In this document: piece after piece, positions 61,889 to 64,000 of the stretch
Numbering within the stretch: the stretch's first letter is position 1
Layout: every line of letters begins with the position of its first letter
From: Planctomycetota bacterium
GTDB taxonomy: Bacteria; Planctomycetota; J058; J103
Assembly: GCA_026004615.1 (NCBI GenBank)
Contig: BPJM01000005.1
Coordinates: 477-64,476 of the forward strand
Direction: 5' to 3'
DNA: 64,000 nucleotides
The notes under the pieces: generated by a model
The model's input: the letters and a program-made list of their open reading frames with translations, nothing else
Told to the model about the DNA's origin: nothing
Databases searched by the model: none
Program-made: the position numbers and the translations under genes

Positions 61889-63769
61889 ATGTCGGGGATC
61901 GCGGGTGTCAGCGGGATGCGGCCGCCGGTCGGCGGCGGAACGGCCGGGGAACTGCGCAGCGCCGGGCTGGCGAGCGATCCGGCGATCGCCGGCATCGCCG
62001 CGGGAGAAGGAGTGCCTCTGGGGCGGGGGGCCCGCGGGGAGTCGGTGCGCACGCTGCAGCGCGCGCTCTTGGAGCTCGGATACGAGCTGCCCCGCTACGG
62101 TGCGGACGGCGGTTTCGGCGCGGAGACCGAGGCGGCGCTGCGGGCCTTTCAGCGCGACGCCGGGCTGCAGCCGACCGGCCGGCTGGACCAGGCCACGGTG
62201 CGGGCGCTGGATGCGAGACTGGCGGGTGGGGGCGGCGCGGAGGGGGCGCCCGGTGCGGCGGGTCCGGCGCTCCACGGGCCCTTGGCGGGCGAGCCCACGC
62301 TGGCGCGCGTCGCCGCGGGCGAGTTGACGCTGGCCAGCGGCTCGCGCGGGCCGGCGGTCCGCATCCTGCAGGAGCAGCTGAATGCGCTCGGCATGGACGC
62401 GGGTCGGGCCGACGGCTGGTACGGCAACCGCACGGCGGGGGCGGTCCGGCGGCTGCAGGCCGCCGCGGGTCTGCCGCAGACCGGTGTGCTCGATGCGGCG
62501 ACGGTGCGCGCCCTCGATGCGCGCCTGGCGGCTACCGGCAGCGACTCTCCGGCCGCGGTCGAGGACGGCACGAGCTACCCCGGGGCCGGTGCCCCCGGGA
62601 TCCAGAACCCGCGCTTTGCCGGCGCCGATCTGGCGGCGGTGGCCGCCGGCCGGACCACGCTGGGCCCGGGCGCGCGCGGCGAGGGTGTGCGCCAGCTGCA
62701 GCAGGCGCTGCTCGACCTGGGCTTCCGCCTGCCGCGCTACGGGGCCGACGGCGGCTACGGCGCCGAGACCGTACATGCCGTCCGGCAGTTCCAGCTCGAG
62801 ATGGGACTGCCGCGAACCGGTCGCGTCGATCGCGCCACGCTCGAGGCTCTGGACCGGGTGGCGCCGCCGCCGGGCAAGATGCTCGAGCGGCGGCCGGATT
62901 ACGAGGCGCTGTTCGAGGACGGCCGGCTCGACATGACGATCGCCTTCGGCTACGACGAGCATGGCACCACCCCGGGCACGGTGCGCAGCACGCTGCGGGG
63001 GCTGACCGAGCAGGGATTCCGCCGCATCGATCCGCAGGCACTCGCTGCGGAGGAGCGCGAGCGGCTGGGCCTGAGCGGTGAGCGGTATCTGCCGGGGGCC
63101 AGCTACTATCACCGGCGGTTCACCGATCCGGAGACCGGCCGCCCCATCGATGCGGTGGTGCGGGTGATCACCCCGGACTCCGATCCCGATCCGGCCAACG
63201 TGGCCGCCATGTTCCGGCGGGCGCTCGAGCAGGACGAGGTCGTGATCTACGACGGACACGCCCGCTATGGCACCGGGCCGGACTTCGACGATATCCATTC
63301 GGGGCGTGGCAACTTCGTGATCGACGAGCGGGGCAACCCCCCCGACAGCCATGCCAGCCGGCCGCCGGACTATTTGCGGAACGCCATCCGCGGGCGGGAC
63401 ACCGACCTGGCGGGCACCGGCGGTCCCGGGCGTTACCAGCTGCTCTACTTCAATGCCTGCTCGACGGAGAACTATCTGCCGAATCTGCGCGAGCGCTTCC
63501 CGGGGCGCAACACCGCCAATACCGACATCGTGACGACGACCCTGCCCACCTATATCGCCAGCGGGCCCGAGCACGTGCTCAACTTCGTGTCGGGGTTGAC
63601 GGGCCGGGCCTCGATGAACGCGATCGAGGAGCGTGCGGCGCGGGTGGAGGTGGGCTGGATGGACTACTTCGACGAGCGGGACGCGGTCCGCCGCGCATAT
63701 GGGGAGAACACCCTGGTCGGCTCCGGCTTCATCGGCAATCGGGGCAATCGCGTGGTCGATCGCCCGTAG
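61889..63769 (+). CDS. Protein with three peptidoglycan-binding (PG_binding_1) domains and a C-terminal putative His-Cys protease domain
   Basis: Three copies of 'G..G..VR.LQ..L..LG......DG.(F/Y)G..T..A.R.(F/L)Q...GL..TG..D..T..ALD'. C-terminal VIYDGHARYG and LYFNACST. Confidence 0.85.
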   Translation: MSGIAGVSGMRPPVGGGTAGELRSAGLASDPAIAGIAAGEGVPLGRGARGESVRTLQRALLELGYELPRYGADGGFGAETEAALRAFQRDAGLQPTGRLDQATVRALDARLAGGGGAEGAPGAAGPALHGPLAGEPTLARVAAGELTLASGSRGPAVRILQEQLNALGMDAGRADGWYGNRTAGAVRRLQAAAGLPQTGVLDAATVRALDARLAATGSDSPAAVEDGTSYPGAGAPGIQNPRFAGADLAAVAAGRTTLGPGARGEGVRQLQQALLDLGFRLPRYGADGGYGAETVHAVRQFQLEMGLPRTGRVDRATLEALDRVAPPPGKMLERRPDYEALFEDGRLDMTIAFGYDEHGTTPGTVRSTLRGLTEQGFRRIDPQALAAEERERLGLSGERYLPGASYYHRRFTDPETGRPIDAVVRVITPDSDPDPANVAAMFRRALEQDEVVIYDGHARYGTGPDFDDIHSGRGNFVIDERGNPPDSHASRPPDYLRNAIRGRDTDLAGTGGPGRYQLLYFNACSTENYLPNLRERFPGRNTANTDIVTTTLPTYIASGPEHVLNFVSGLTGRASMNAIEERAARVEVGWMDYFDERDAVRRAYGENTLVGSGFIGNRGNRVVDRP

Positions 63770-63842
63770 CCAGCCGAGGGCATGTGCCGGCGGGTGCGCG
63801 GCGCCGCACAGAGGCCAGCACGAGCAGCGGGAGGCCAGGAGC

Positions 63843-64000
63843 ATGGACGTGGACGAGGCGCTGGCGGTACTCGCCGACGACACCCGGGATGAACCGGCGC
63901 GTCTCGGGGCCGTCGCCGTTCTCAGGACCGGCGCCCGCATCGAGCACCTCGACCGCATGTTCGCGGTGCTGGAACGCGCCGAGACCGAGCTCGCCCTCGC
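63843..64000 (+). CDS. Hypothetical protein, HEAT-like start, truncated by the window end
   Basis: AGGAG + ATG 63843; MDVDEALAVLADDTRDEPARLGAVAVLR... stays open to the window end. Confidence 0.6.
   Translation, partial: MDVDEALAVLADDTRDEPARLGAVAVLRTGARIEHLDRMFAVLERAETELAL

Overview
Very GC-rich bacterial chromosomal segment of about 47 genes. I found no rRNA, tRNA, CRISPR array, integrase or transposase. The gene content suggests a Planctomycetota-like or other PVC/myxobacteria-like diderm; this is inference from several Hanks kinases with an 'LFGE-A...T..Q.EE.L..Q' N-terminal module, a kinase-FGE fusion and a divergent bL34. In order the window holds: mreBCD-mrdA (elongasome) with two upstream unknown membrane genes; lnt; an NAD-dependent epimerase; carB; PilZ plus a sensor-less His kinase; a sigma-70 factor; a CBS/grxD/NAD kinase-hydrolase/ArsA-pair/rpmH run; a kinase-FGE, TPR lipoprotein, pseudo-caspase lipoprotein, FGE cluster; receiver proteins; two more Ser/Thr kinases; an FHA-HEAT protein; proS; a CorC/HlyC protein; a PafBC-like WYL pair; a lipoate ligase; an AsmA-like protein; a btuFCD-like ABC transporter followed by a cobalamin riboswitch and a beta-propeller-like lipoprotein; proC; and a peptidoglycan-binding protein with a putative His-Cys protease domain. 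About 13 single-base indels lie in G/C runs, about 10 of them in 55.9-59.0 kb. They are most likely sequencing errors, and the affected genes are annotated as reconstructed. The best candidates for new biology are the B12-riboswitch lipoprotein, the Tyr/Ser pseudo-caspase zinc-ribbon lipoprotein module, the PG-binding clan-CD-like protease with its downstream partner, the complementary half-site ArsA pair, and PafBC outside a Pup-proteasome context. All domain calls come from motif reading; no searches were run.
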